Source: Ruditapes philippinarum | Lineage: Eukaryota | Length of the DNA stretch: 64,000 bases | Assembly (NCBI RefSeq): GCF_026571515.1 | Contig: NW_026861919.1 | Span: forward strand, 124,001-188,000 | Direction of reading: 5' to 3' | Part shown: positions 1-12,109 of the stretch, piece after piece | Layout of the letters: every line of letters starts with the position of its first letter | Position numbering within the stretch: position 1 is the stretch's first letter | Program-made: the position numbers and the translations under genes | The notes under the pieces: generated by a model | Databases searched by the model: none | What the model was told of the DNA's origin: nothing | What the model saw: only the letters and a program-made list of their open reading frames with translations

Positions 1-120
1 GAGGGGCGCCACCTTGGAAGGGTCAGCAGCATAAGTACAACTAGGGAGTTTAAACCGGTTAATGTTGCACCACACCTCACTCTTAGCCCCACCATGTTAC
101 TATGAACGGGACAGTGAATT
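1..120. repeat. Fragment of an interspersed repeat (SINE/LINE-like), truncated by the window edge
   Basis: GC-richer than its surroundings (CCACCTTGGAAGGGTCAG...GGGAGTTTAAACCGGTT...CCTCACTCTTA). It resembles a common mollusc retro-repeat from memory; not verified. Confidence 0.3.
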
Positions 121-784
121 TCTAACAGTTGTTATGTAATACTGAATTATTTTGGGCGAGTTAACAAATATTAGAATTATTTAAGGGCTATGTGAGTTCA
201 CATAAATATTTCACGATTCAACCCAAATCGTAATTTTTGTTCTAAAATAAATTGTTTTCTGTGGAATAGAAAGGTTTTTATTATTGCATCAATTTACGTT
301 CTTGGTTAAACTATAATAGTTTTTTTGTGCATATCGTGTTTTTTCCTCTTTGCCTATATGTTTCAACTGCTTATAAATTATTAATCTTCTTAATTTAATC
401 GCATTTTATAAAATAAAATTGTTTTCATTATAGTATCAATTTACATTCTACATAACTGATTTTTTCTTTTAGATTTTATATGTATTTAAAAAAATATTCA
501 AATGCATGCATCAATTGTAAAACATAGTATTTTACACTTTTCACCAATGTAAACCAAAGCTATAATCGTGTTCAAAGTATATATATTTTAGTTTTCATAC
601 ATAATTTTTCAATCAATTGTTTTCTTGAAGATAACTATTTCTATTTTCTTCAATTTCAGTTTCCTTTTCAACAACTTCAGAACCATTAGAGGATATGAAT
701 ATATACACTTGAACATTTGACCACATTGATTTCATTTCCTGTAATTTTTCATCATTTGACAGTAAGTCATTCTTAAGGTGTTTT

Positions 785-1135
785 CCTCTAACTTACCATT
801 ATCATTATAAATAGTCTGTCAGTCCCATTTCATCACAAATTAACAAACGCCAGAATCTGCTTTCAGTCAATTTATTTCAGACAAGACGCGAAAATAACAA
901 TACAAATCGTCTTATCGTCTATTATCTGAAATCCATTTCCTTAAAGAAGTCTAAGCACAGAAAAACTGTCATCCAAAGTGTTATTCCTTGACTGATGGGA
1001 TTATAAATAAATGAAAGTTGTCCATTTGTGTTTTGTTTGTATGACGTACCGATATAAGTTTACACGGAATTACAAAGTGAACAGGAATTTGTTATGTTTA
1101 TTCGATATTGTACTAACATATACAAATTAATGTTC
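785..1135 (-). repeat. Conserved block C, copy 1 (candidate promoter/non-coding exon ending ATGATAATG|GTAAGT)
   Basis: Reverse complement of 60630-60970 and 18715-19062. Donor-like ACTTAC at 791-796; TGACGTA at 1042-1048. Confidence 0.8.
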
Positions 1136-1144
1136 GTTTATATT

Positions 1145-1175
<31 letters not shown>

Positions 1176-1290
1176 TAAACTTTATTTAGCTCAAGCAATG
1201 ATAACAAGCATGTGAGCATACAGCGAATAATACCAAAAAAAACAACTTGTGAGGTCACATGACAGATTGTTTGCTTAACGGGGTTGACAA
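1145..1290 (-). mobile_element. 3' tail of a non-LTR retroelement: AATAAA followed by (GTT)10 microsatellite
   Basis: (AAC)10 at 1145-1174 followed by ATAAACTTTATT, which reads AATAAAGTTTAT(GTT)n on the minus strand. Absent from the other block C copies. Confidence 0.55.
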
Positions 1291-1509
1291 TAGTGATAGT
1301 GTGTTACTCCATTTATTTTTTTGAAAAGGACTATAAATTCTTGTCTGGGAATGTTATTTCATCTTGCTCTTATGGTAAAAAATCACGCCCCCTAGCACCG
1401 GATTGAGCGGTACTCAATTCTCAACAATTAATAGTGCTGGCATCAATGATCCCGAAGTTATCAACTTTATTTTGATAACTTTAAAGTTTTCAACTTTATT
1501 TTGTTTTTA

Positions 1510-1710
1510 TCAAGGATATTCCAAGCATCATAAATTTTACTAAAAGTCAATACAGACTGTAAAGAGATCTAAAAGACAAAAAAATAGATATATATATTTG
1601 CAAGTAACATTTTGAGAAAAGGCTGTCTACATTGAATGTCTACTTTTCGACACAACTTGATGATGATTATTTCGTCACGGGGGCAATAAAACATATGTAA
1701 GCGTCTGCTA
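1510..1710 (+). repeat. Module type X (AGAGATCT..GACAAAAA..CATTGAATGTCTAC..TTCGTC..GGGGCAATAAAACATAT|GTAAGCGTCT)
   Basis: Further copies at ~4690-4885, 8375-8552, 14915-15106, 43785-43972 (+) and ~23690-23880, 28295-28490, 36241-36415, 58513-58705 (-). Confidence 0.8.
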
Positions 1711-2128
1711 GTTTATTGTTGTCTTCTTCCAATACACATTGTTTGTTTTAAGCAGACGATAATATCGAAAATAATATCATATCTTACGCAATTAACTTGA
1801 AGTCCGCATAATATATTTCCGTTCAAGTAATTTTTAATCGTGTGAATACGTTTGCTTATGATTGTATCGTTTAAAATATTTTTGCCTTGTTTGACTTAAT
1901 GATAATAAATTAGATATTTTATTTTATTGTAAAAAGCCTAAAATGTAAATTTAGCGGTCATTTTAGACAATCGAAAGAATATTTCATACAAAAATTAGGT
2001 ACACAATTTAACATTTCACTTGCTTAAAGACAATGTGTGACAGCTGCGAAAATATAGCTTGTACGTCATACATATATTATAATTTGTGTTCATTTGTCGT
2101 CAGTTGTTATATGTCTAGCTTTCAAATT

Positions 2129-2200
2129 TTGTTTGTTTGTTTGGTTTTACGGCGCACCTAGATAGTTTAGGTCATATGGGGACGAACCAGGATTGGCTTA
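2129..2200 (-). mobile_element. SINE 3' end fragment (GCCATATGACCT...GTAAAACC(AAAC)n)
   Basis: Minus strand reads CCCCATATGACCTAAACTATCTAGGTGCGCCGTAAAACCAAACAAACAAAC. Paralogue on + at ~56160-56215. Confidence 0.55.
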
Positions 2201-3182
2201 CCCTGGATATAAACTTAAGCAAAGCCAAGGGTTGAAACCACCTCACCTGCTAGAGGTAAGAAATACATAGAAAAAAGGCTTATGCCTCAACCCGTAAAGG
2301 CAAAACCTCCGCCATAAGGGGCTAAAGTATTCGGTACAACACTAAAGTGACTGATAGGTAGAAGGAAGATTGGATCTTAAAAGTAATTTCGTAAAGACAA
2401 TCCTATTCACTCTGGGGCAATAAAGGCAAAATGTCTATACATTTTACAAGCGTCTTAAACATTACTATTATACAGGGAATCAAGATTAAGAGGATTAAAA
2501 CACTACATGATACGGAATTAATATTTCCCGCTTGTTGTTTTGTTTTACCGATTTAACTGAACAAATCGCCGGAAACATATTGATTAAGAGAAGAGTATCA
2601 GTAATTAAGTTTACCCCTTGTATATTATGTAAGCGCCGTATTCATTGCAGTAGTGTTAGGATTAATTAATCACATTATTGATGCATGGAATAATTATATA
2701 AATGTATATTATCAAATTACCGCCGGTATCATTTTGATAAATTCAACACATATTTTACGCATCATATAAATCTAAGTAATATCTTAAACTCAATTATTAA
2801 AGAATATGTGTCAAAGATTAATTCATCCATAATTGTAGCTATAATGTGTTCACATACATTAGAATGTTAGTGTTTGCAATTGCTAATTATTGTTGATCAT
2901 ATAACATAGAATAAAACAGAATCCCTCAAGAACGCCTCGGCTTGGTTGAGCCAATGGACGGTGGTGGTAACTGTAGGCTACTGTCCACGCCCCCTAGCAT
3001 AAATTCTTAAATTTGATTGAAGATTGAACACATTATCAATAAATAATATTGAGTGAGAATGTAAAAATGTCTCGAAGTGCATTTAGAAATTAGATTGAAC
3101 TAAAATAATTCAAGTAGTGTGACCCTCTTTACTCGTCGATTAACGCTTGCTTTGTGTAACGGTGGAATTACAGTCTCTCCAG

Positions 3183-3191
3183 ATGACATCT
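3183..3191 (+). other. Candidate 9-nt microexon ATGACATCT (tctctccag|ATGACATCT|gtaagc)
   Basis: Pyrimidine-rich AG acceptor and GTAAG donor. Identical in the inverted copies near 24541-24549 and 54892-54900; variant ATGACAACT at 38784-38792. Confidence 0.35.
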
Positions 3192-3594
3192 GTAAGCGCC
3201 TTATGCATAATAAATAAGAATTAAGCCATTAGACTGCTTGACATTTGTGGAAAAGATCAAATAAACAGAGAATGGAACAAACAGACAAATGTTATCATTA
3301 TCACAAAAAAGCTTTCATGTCAATATTTTCGTATTAGTAAGGGTAAATTTGCCACTTTGGATAAAATCAATGTATGTGAAAAATGCTAAAGGGAAAGTTC
3401 CTGATAAAAGTGTCATGCTTGTAAACAATCTTAGATTAAAAGTTGGGCAGAAAATACTTTGCATTTGACACCATTGTGCACATCGTCTTACAATTTAAAC
3501 GTTAACTAAACACCTTCAATACCGTGCAATACCGCCGATTATTGGTATAAATCTCTAAAGGTCTTGTAAAAAAATAAAATACTAGCAAACTATA

Positions 3595-4406
3595 CTGGCA
3601 TGCGAGCAGTTCCCGTACAAAAATCGTAGTTACTTAAACATTATTTTTTATTACGCTCACTCACCAAAATTTGAATGTTACACATCAATATTCGGCTCGT
3701 CACATAAATCATGGAAATTCCATCATGTTCTAAATATAGAATAACCCTTAGTTATGAGGCCTCATATGGGGTACAGAAATTATCCATTATTTTGTATGAA
3801 GAGAAGTAGTTCCCGTACATAAAATTTAACCCATTATAATTATACAATTTTATTATATCGGACCTTTTTTTCATTTATAATTGTTGAACAGACCATTTTC
3901 TAAGAGATAAATAGATGTAATTCAGGAAATAGAAAGTAGACTAAACGCGTGTATCTATTACCCGGTACCGTTACCCCCAACGCATTCACATGCGATGGCA
4001 TGCTTGTATGCACAATATTTTACGCATCAAAGCCATAAAATTATTTTATATAGTAATATTGGTCAAAATTCTGATAATTAAACAAGTTTTCATCACATTG
4101 CCTTCTTATCTGTAAACAGGTGGTATTAGTGGAAAACCCTTTAACATGCCTCACGTGTAAGTATGTTGCGCATGCGCGCAAGGACGGAATCTCCCCCGAT
4201 AAAACAAGGTCACGTTTTGACAACGCACAGGTGAAATTGATTTAAAATGAGACTTTTTATACGTACTGCCGAACTGACACTTAGATTTTGTCTCGTTTAT
4301 GTATCTGCTTGATTTGATATGAATTTTTGAAGAATGCATGTAAAAATCAAGCCGTTAAATGAAAAATACGGGTACTGCTTCTGTACGGGAACTGCTCGCA
4401 TGCCAG
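3595..4406. mobile_element. MITE (non-autonomous DNA transposon) with ~25-bp perfect TIRs flanked by TA
   Basis: TA|CTGGCATGCGAGCAGTTCCCGTACA ... TGTACGGGAACTGCTCGCATGCCAG|TA. Absent from the paralogous sites near 24160 and 54515. Confidence 0.9.
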
Positions 4407-7400
4407 TATGGCTGCTATATATTTATTATCAAGATTTGATATGGCTTAATATATAAAATGAAAATTCTCAGTACTGAAATCATAGAAGTGCAATTGCCAT
4501 TCAGTTCAGATAATATCATATGATCTTTTTTTATTTCTTTGTCATTTAATTCATTGATAATGAGATGAGAACATTTCATTGATAAAACCGAAACAAGGCC
4601 GAATAAGACAACTAGTTGTTGACTGAAGGAGAGAGCGGTCGCCAAGGCTATATTACAACTAATATTGCTCTTATGGTTAAGTTATTTTTGTTTTATATTA
4701 AGCATATTCCAAACATCATAAATCGTGACGGACAGTAAAGTGATCTTCAGACATATTAGTGGATATTTGTGACTGAAACTATTTAAGACATGACTGTTTT
4801 CTACATTGAATCTACTTTTCGACACAACAGTTCATGATTATTACATTATGGGGGGCAATAAACATTTGTTAATGTCTGCTAGTTTACAGCCGTCTTAGAA
4901 TTATATTTTCTTTACGTAACAAATAAATTGCTTTAAGAAGACAATAATATCATATCGTATGCAATAAAACAAGAAAATAGAGAAATACGGAATCTCTAAA
5001 GAACGTCCAACACGACAAAATTGAAAATGTTGCAGGCGCGATTTAATTGACAAAGAATTGTTTAAATATGATAAATTCTTAATTGTTTAGCAATTTTAGT
5101 TGTGTTAGTTAAAAACTGCAAATTGTCATTTTACTTTAGCCATATCAATTCAATTATTATATTCTGTTTTACATTTTTCGAAAAGATTAAAAAGGAGAGA
5201 ATTGAATAAAAGACAAATAGCATCATAAGCACGAAAAAGCTTTTATATAAAAGTTTACGTGTTAGTAAAGTCATTTGATATTAAAGCTTTCAAATGAATA
5301 ATTTACTGATTGTGTAGGAGGGATTATATATTTCAGATGTCTATGAGTAAACAGAATTGGTTCCCTAGACGTTGTGAGACAACCCGAAATATGAAACAAT
5401 TGTATGCTTGATTGTTCCAGGACTTTCATATAAAATGTTCGGGCATTCGTTCGATAATTAGCATGAATATCATTTAGAGTTGATTCAAATTTCGCACACC
5501 GTTTGGACTTCTCTATATGTTCATATTATAGTACCGTCTTAAAACATTTATATACAATTTAAATAATAATTGTAAAGTTACATACAAATAATTGGAATTT
5601 AGTCAGATGTATTTGATTTTATAAAGTCTGTATAATGAGAGATATAAATCAGCAGCAACAAAGTGTGTTCAATATCAGAGGTATTCGTCTTTATATCTGA
5701 TGGCAAAAAGTAGTTAATAGTTACAGTTAATACGTGTTTCATTTGTTAAGAATCATTGTATTCTATAGAAAGTCCATGAACAAAACATCTTAGTAAGTCA
5801 TCGGTACTGTTAACAAGTTGGAAAAGGTAAAGATTTGATTGTGGCGTATTAAGACAAAAAGTAAATTCGTGATAATCATTATATTTATAAGAATTATGCC
5901 TCGTGTTTCAACAAAAAATGTTTCGGGTATCTTTGGGGATACTAGGTTTTGTATGTTTTTGCAAAATATTTCAAACCAGCTGTAAAGTTCCATGTCTTTT
6001 AAAGTAAAACACAATTATTATTTATAGTACAGTATTTATATGCTGTTGTTGTTTTGATGTTTTTTGTTGTGTGTGTTTGTTGTTTTCTCTTTTTTTAACC
6101 GGGAAGAAAAACACAATATACTAGTACCTTGTAAGCCTTAGCCGTAAAGATATTTAACATTATTGTGAATTTAGATCTTAAATATGTATCTTGTCAATCC
6201 GATACGTTCCTTAAAAGAAACACAAAACGAATGACCCCGAGGTCAACCCTTACTAATAATGCTTGAAAGTCGCAATGACCTTTACTTTGTTGATAAGACA
6301 AAAAACAAAAATATCTCTTCGAGATAATTACATTTTAAATTTTTATTGATGAATAAATGTCTTGTACATAAATAGAGGTAAGATAATTATTATAAAAAAA
6401 CAATCGTCTTAAAGATTTTTACCCGATATCAATTGGTTAACGACGCATACGCGATTTGTCCCGTCAAGTGTATTTGATGTGAAACGAATTGATAGTTAGA
6501 GTATTTTATCCATTGATGATAGATGGCTTATGGTCAATCATATATACAAAATCACTTGCAATAGCCTCGGTGTATAAGCAGTTATTTCATACCTATACGT
6601 TTAGAATAAGATATTTAAATGATGTTTTATGCCACCTTGGGCTATGTATGATTGAAGGAATTTTGTTTGCATCACTTGTCGGTACAACTTTTCATACAAG
6701 CAGAAATATAGCGTCAGATTTATATAACATTATATTTTTTATAATATAAAAAATTAATTTCTTTTCATTTTATTCAAATATAAGAAGATTTTTAGTGAAA
6801 AGAATGTTGTTATGTTGTTGTTGTTGTTTCATTTGTTGTTATTGTTTTGTTTTAGATTTCAGTATGTGTTAATATATTAAAAAGATGACATATCATAAAA
6901 TAATATAAAGGTTGGAAAAAGTTATTCAAAGCATATAATAATTTTTCTACAATTAACTTCCTTCTGTTCCTGAAATGATATATTGCTCTTTGACATTTGA
7001 AAACTGCGTTTCATACAGGGTTAAATGTCAACAACGTGTTCTCATCCACAACACGTAGGCTGACAGCGGTAAGCGTCTTATGAATTATGAATAAGAATTA
7101 AATCATTAGGCTTCATGACATGTCATTAAAACATCAAACAAAACATAGAATTATAAACATTAAAAAAGTAATAGGCATCGCCAAATGTTTTATTGTTAAT
7201 CATCAAGTATTAGCTCTGTCGAGAAAAACAGTAGTTTTGCTTCAAGTCAATTCATTGTGACACTTGTATCAGACTTTTCCATATTATAAAACAATTTTCA
7301 GTTATCCGGTTGAAATATTATTACGATCAATTATATTCATCATTTTTATGAATAAAGGTTGTATTTGAATAAATAAAAACAAATGATACCATGTGTTGAT

Positions 7401-7737
7401 AATGTACCTAAGCAAAATATATATCATAGACTGAAGTGTTTTTGTCCGTTTGAAAGGGGTGCACAACGCAATATATTCAACTTCGAGTGTAAACCATTAC
7501 GTTAAGAAATTAGATTGGAAAACATGAAATGAATTGCATTTGTAAATAAAGTGCACAGAGACATTGCATATTAATATTGCAGTTTAATTTCGCATTCTCA
7601 ATTTTATTGTGATTTTGATACAAACGACTTGCTCCTTTCAATTTTGAGTTTAGATTCCAAACAGAACTTTGGATTCCATCAAATTGGCTACTCAGATGCC
7701 GTTCCTGACTTAATTACACGGAACATATAATACACAG

Positions 7738-7820
7738 ACGTCTTCTTCCAGCAGTTAAGTTGGAGAGTCGCCATTTAAACTGTGTTGGTGCGTCGGAAAG
7801 GTTGAAGCCAAACCAAAAAA
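7738..7820 (+). mobile_element. SINE 3' core/tail fragment
   Basis: TCTTCTTCCAGCAGTTAAGTTGGAGAGTCGCCAT...TGTGTTGGTGCG...CCAAACCAAAA. Same family as 14110-14195, 42980-43062 and 33040-33130 (-). Confidence 0.55.
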
Positions 7821-8589
7821 TATTGGTATCTCTTTTTTATAAGATAATTTCAAATGTTCCGTTTGCTGTTAATTACACATAGAAATTCTAACACATCGCA
7901 ATGTCTGAAAAAGAAAAAAAGCCTTGGTTATCATTTTGTATGAAAACTATTCCTTTAAAACGTATGCTTATCGAGTCAGAATACACTGCAAACAAAAGAT
8001 AAATAGAGATAATATTGTATTCAGGGGTAAAGTTTAAAATATGATTGTAAGTGTCCTTAATTCAAGAGGATGGTTTATTGTCTAAGGATTTGGAATAAAC
8101 TGTTGAATAATCATAATGATGAAAAATATACAAAACTGTCAATATTGTTAATGTTAGTAATAGAAAATAAGGCCAACAATATATTATATTTTAATATAAA
8201 ACTTGCACATTGTGCACGATATTAACTCGTGACACAGTTGAGTTCAAATTTCAGTTTGTTTCAATTCAGTTTGCATCTGAATTTTAAGTATCTGACTTCT
8301 AATAAAAATAATTTGTCTGTGACTTTCATCAAATGTAGGCGGCGTATAAATTTAACATTTTATACCGACAGTCTTGACATCTATAGTACTGCTAGAATCA
8401 TAGATCTCATAACAACGAGACAGAAAGAGATCTGAAGACAAAAATTAATGGATATCATGTCATACTTTGCCAATAAAATTTAAGAAAAGCATTGTCTACA
8501 TTTTCGACATAACCCTTTCGTCAAAGTGACAATCGAACTTATGTAAGCGTCTGATATTTTTTTGCAGTTTTTTATCGATAAGGACGGAT

Positions 8590-8850
8590 AAGGGGGACCA
8601 TATGCCACTTTTCATGGAATGGCACTTACGTGTCACATTGAAAGTTCAATGATTACCGCAATATGAACACATCTGCGGATGTTTCAAAATTCAAAATTTT
8701 ACCAGTTCATGTTAAATGTTGAATTCTGCTTAAGCCGGTGCAAGGGGTCGGGGATGGTAGTTTACACTTGACAGTACCGTCCATGAACAGGCTCAATCAA
8801 ACCGAGCCTGCAACATTTTCAATTTTGCCGTGTTGGGCTTTCTTTGGGGA
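8590..8850 (-). repeat. Module S (GC-richer repeat with GGACGGTA/TACCGTCC hairpin), likely SINE body
   Basis: Near-colinear with 20350-20610. Shorter copies at ~2920-3000, 4990-5050, 13890-14050, 23525-23590, 24720-24830, 33200-33320, 42760-42920, 54100-54155, 55070-55185. Confidence 0.7.
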
Positions 8851-9910
8851 CTTTATAACTAGATAAAACTTCCATATTTTATGCTAAGAAGTTATGTTTT
8901 ACGTATACCGCTATATCGTAGTTTACTAGCAATTGTATCTGTTTAAAAAAACGTTCTATTCTTTCCACGGAATAAAATTGGGTTTTTAATGCCCATTATT
9001 GGAATTTATTGTAATTCTTAACATTTATTAAAAAAATACAAAAATACAAAAATTCCTGTCTGGCATTTAACCTTACATAGAAACATTTGCCCTAGGAAAT
9101 TATGTTATTCTTGCGAAATGCGAAGGTTTAAAGTTATGTGATTGTTTCAGCATGCGTTGAGTATATAAATTGATTTTCGGCATAAAATGTGACAAATATA
9201 ACACACATTTATTCTCATTATTTCCTGAGTACCTTCTTTTTACATGCCTAATTCTAGCAAATTAAAATATATTAAACCCTTAAGCTCGCTCAAGCACAGC
9301 GAAATTGAAACTACGCAAACTTGAATTGACCGAGCCCGCTGACAGATACAACCTATAAGTCTCGACTATCAGCACCAGTTAAGCATAATTAAATATTAAG
9401 ATACTTTGCTCAAAAAAGATCTGTAGACAGATGTGTTCAGAGATGGTGAAAATATAATTACTGACAGGGAACTAGAGGTTTTAAAGTAATCGTGTCACCC
9501 ACAGCTGCCAAAAGACAACATTAAAGATAAGCAACATATCTTCGAAAAGAAACTGTGTTTGCGGATAATCCGTACCAAAGATGATACAACACATAAATAA
9601 TATGCAATGTTTAAACAAAAACATATACGGAATCTAACACATATTTTCATTGTTGCATTTGATAAAAGAATACGTATTGCCATATTTCGTATTTACTTGC
9701 TAGACACATCAATTGATTGACCCGTCTTGGGGGCAATAATATAAAGAACATTCTACATTATATAAGCATCTTAAACATTTTCATTGTTCAAGGAATTATA
9801 TGTCCAGATCACGTGATAAAGCATTTTTGATATTTTTTTCTTCCTTGATACAACAAGATTGTAGAAAATAAAGTTGATATTGTCGTCATGCTAAATATAT
9901 ATATATTTAC

Positions 9911-9939
9911 GTGTGTGCGTGCGTGCGTGCGTGTGTGTG
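9911..9939. repeat. (GT)/(GCGT) microsatellite
   Basis: gtgtgtgcgtgcgtgcgtgcgtgtgtgtg. Confidence 0.9.
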
Positions 9940-10773
9940 ATGTGAAACTGTTAAGACGAAGGACAGACAAAGATAAAAAAAAAGTGTTTTTGACAGGTAT
10001 GTGTGAATTTGAAAGATCATAATACATTGATGAGTACAATTGTTATAATGAACCTCGTACATGTACACAGCTGCATAACTTAACTCGAACTCGGCTAGCG
10101 ATTGTGAGATATAGGTGTGGAGCTTATACTCCTCTAATAAACTTTTATTGCCTTCGTTAGTGCAATTCCTACCTCTAATTGAAATGACGTGATTGTATTG
10201 TAAACCTCCGAATGTTTGGGCGTTGGTATTATTATGCACTTTCAAGGCTGAATCTGAAATTAAATGACAAGGATGCATATCAATTTTGTGAAGTTAGAAT
10301 TTGAGGTCTTGGAACTCGCGTCTTTATAATAATAGTTTAACAACGTGAAGAGCAGAAATGATTGCTGGACAAGATGATTCTGGTTACTTTTTAAATTACA
10401 AAGTCATTTCTTGTTTGTAATAAATGAATAATATTAACAAAACAAATATTTCATTAATCAAAAGGTAAACAGAACGATTAGCAAACGTTTTTGAAACATT
10501 ATTTTGAACAAGCACGTATTTGTACATACTGTATGACTCCGACAGTTTTCCCCTTTCAAATGCAATGTCTATGTCTTAAATGAAATATTGGCGCATACAG
10601 TTACATTTTATGCCAACGTATCCCGACACTTTTCTTTTATACGAACACATTAATTCTTAAAATAGTCGAGACAAAATAAAATGACAGATATACGAATGTT
10701 GATTGACAAAATAACAAAACTATCATGTTAACAAAAGTAATACCATTATTAACATTTGATATTTATTTGCTAG

Positions 10774-10840
10774 ACAACATTTGTTATATACATTCATCTT
10801 GGAAGACAATAAAAATGTACAATTTATGTCTGTGTATTAT
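10774..10840 (+). other. Candidate 67-nt exon (module V): TTAAC..ttatttgctag|AC...TATTAT|gtaagcgtct
   Basis: Branch-point-like TTAAC, pyrimidine-rich TAG acceptor and GTAAG donor. Same 67-nt length at 11759-11825, 41936-42002 (+) and 34036-34102 (-). Confidence 0.45.
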
Positions 10841-10948
10841 GTAAGCGTCTTAAGCTTTGTTGGTCTATGGGGAATGTTCAGTAGATAAAGCATTGACGGG
10901 TACAATTCTTAACTAATGAAGAAACTCATACACCTGCAAAACTTAACT

Positions 10949-11096
10949 NNNNNNNNNNNNNNNNNNNNNNNNNNNNNNNNNNNNNNNNNNNNNNNNNNNN
11001 NNNNNNNNNNNNNNNNNNNNNNNNNNNNNNNNNNNNNNNNNNNNNNNNNNNNNNNNNNNNNNNNNNNNNNNNNNNNNNNNNNNNNNNNNNNNNNNN
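10949..11096. other. Assembly gap (148 N)
   Basis: Run of N. The matching interval in copy 2 (41234-41287) is only ~55 bp. Confidence 1.
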
Positions 11097-12109
11097 AAAC
11101 TTAAATTGTCTTCGTAAAATAATTATTGCAATTCCTACCTCTAATTGAAATGACGTGATTGTATCGTGAACCTCAGACTTTTGGGGCGTTTGGGTATTAT
11201 TATTGGGTATTATTGAGGCAAGATCTGAAATTATGTGACAAGGATCTATATCAATTTTGTAAAGTTAGAATTTGAGGTCTTAGAACTCACGTCTTTATAA
11301 TAATTGTTCAAATAATATGAAGAGCAGAAATTATTGCTGCTTTAACAATCATATATACATTGAGGCGGGCAATATGATTCTTGTTATCTTTTAAATAACA
11401 AAATCATTTCTTGTTTGTAATAAATGAATGATATTTAATTTAACAAATATTTGATTGATCAAAAAGTAAACATATCGATTAGCAAATTTTTTTGAAACAT
11501 TATTTTATTTTCACTTGGACATACTGCATGACGCCGACAGCGTTCTCCTACCAAATGTAATGTCTATCTCTTAAATATAATATTGGCGCATACTGTTTCT
11601 TTTTATGCCAACATATCCCGACACTCTTCTCATATACGGACACATCAATTCTTAAAATATTCAAGAAAAAATAAAATGACAGATATACGATTGACAATAT
11701 AACAAAATATCATGTTAACAAAAGATACCATTATTAACATTTGATATTTATTTGCTAGACACAATTTGTTACATACATTCGTCTTGGAAGACAATAAAAA
11801 TGTACAATTTAGGTCTGTGTATTATGTAAGCGTCTTAAGCTTTGTTGGTATATGGGGAATGTTCAGTAGATAAAGGAAGGTTGTATAAATTGATGATGTT
11901 TAAAGCAATAAATATACAGACTTCATAAAATGTTATTTTTGCATATAAAAGTTCAGAGAATCGATATATAGAAGGAAACTGAGTTTCTTAGGGAAGTATT
12001 CCTTTCTCGAGTAAATAACTATTCAGTTAACATAACGTTCACACAAAAAGAAAATCCAAATTAGTTGAAGCATTTATATAAGATCAATGGACCCTGTCGT
12101 TATTCTATA

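Larger units (their letters stand above)
1450..7700 (+). repeat. Segment with inverted paralogues at ~20000-28550 and ~49700-58750
   Basis: Colinear reverse-complement matches, e.g. 3172-3240 vs 24490-24560 and 54840-54912, 6430-6480 vs 21400-21450, 7420-7470 vs 20135-20190. Confidence 0.85.
8050..10880 (+). repeat. X-W-V module triad, inverted paralogue of ~33990-36680
   Basis: Reverse-complement matches, e.g. 9690-9830 vs 35490-35630, 8380-8560 vs 36230-36415, 10680-10880 vs 34000-34200. Confidence 0.85.

Noticed and set aside
10916-11104. 62-aa ORF
   Set aside because: Artefact of translating through the N gap.
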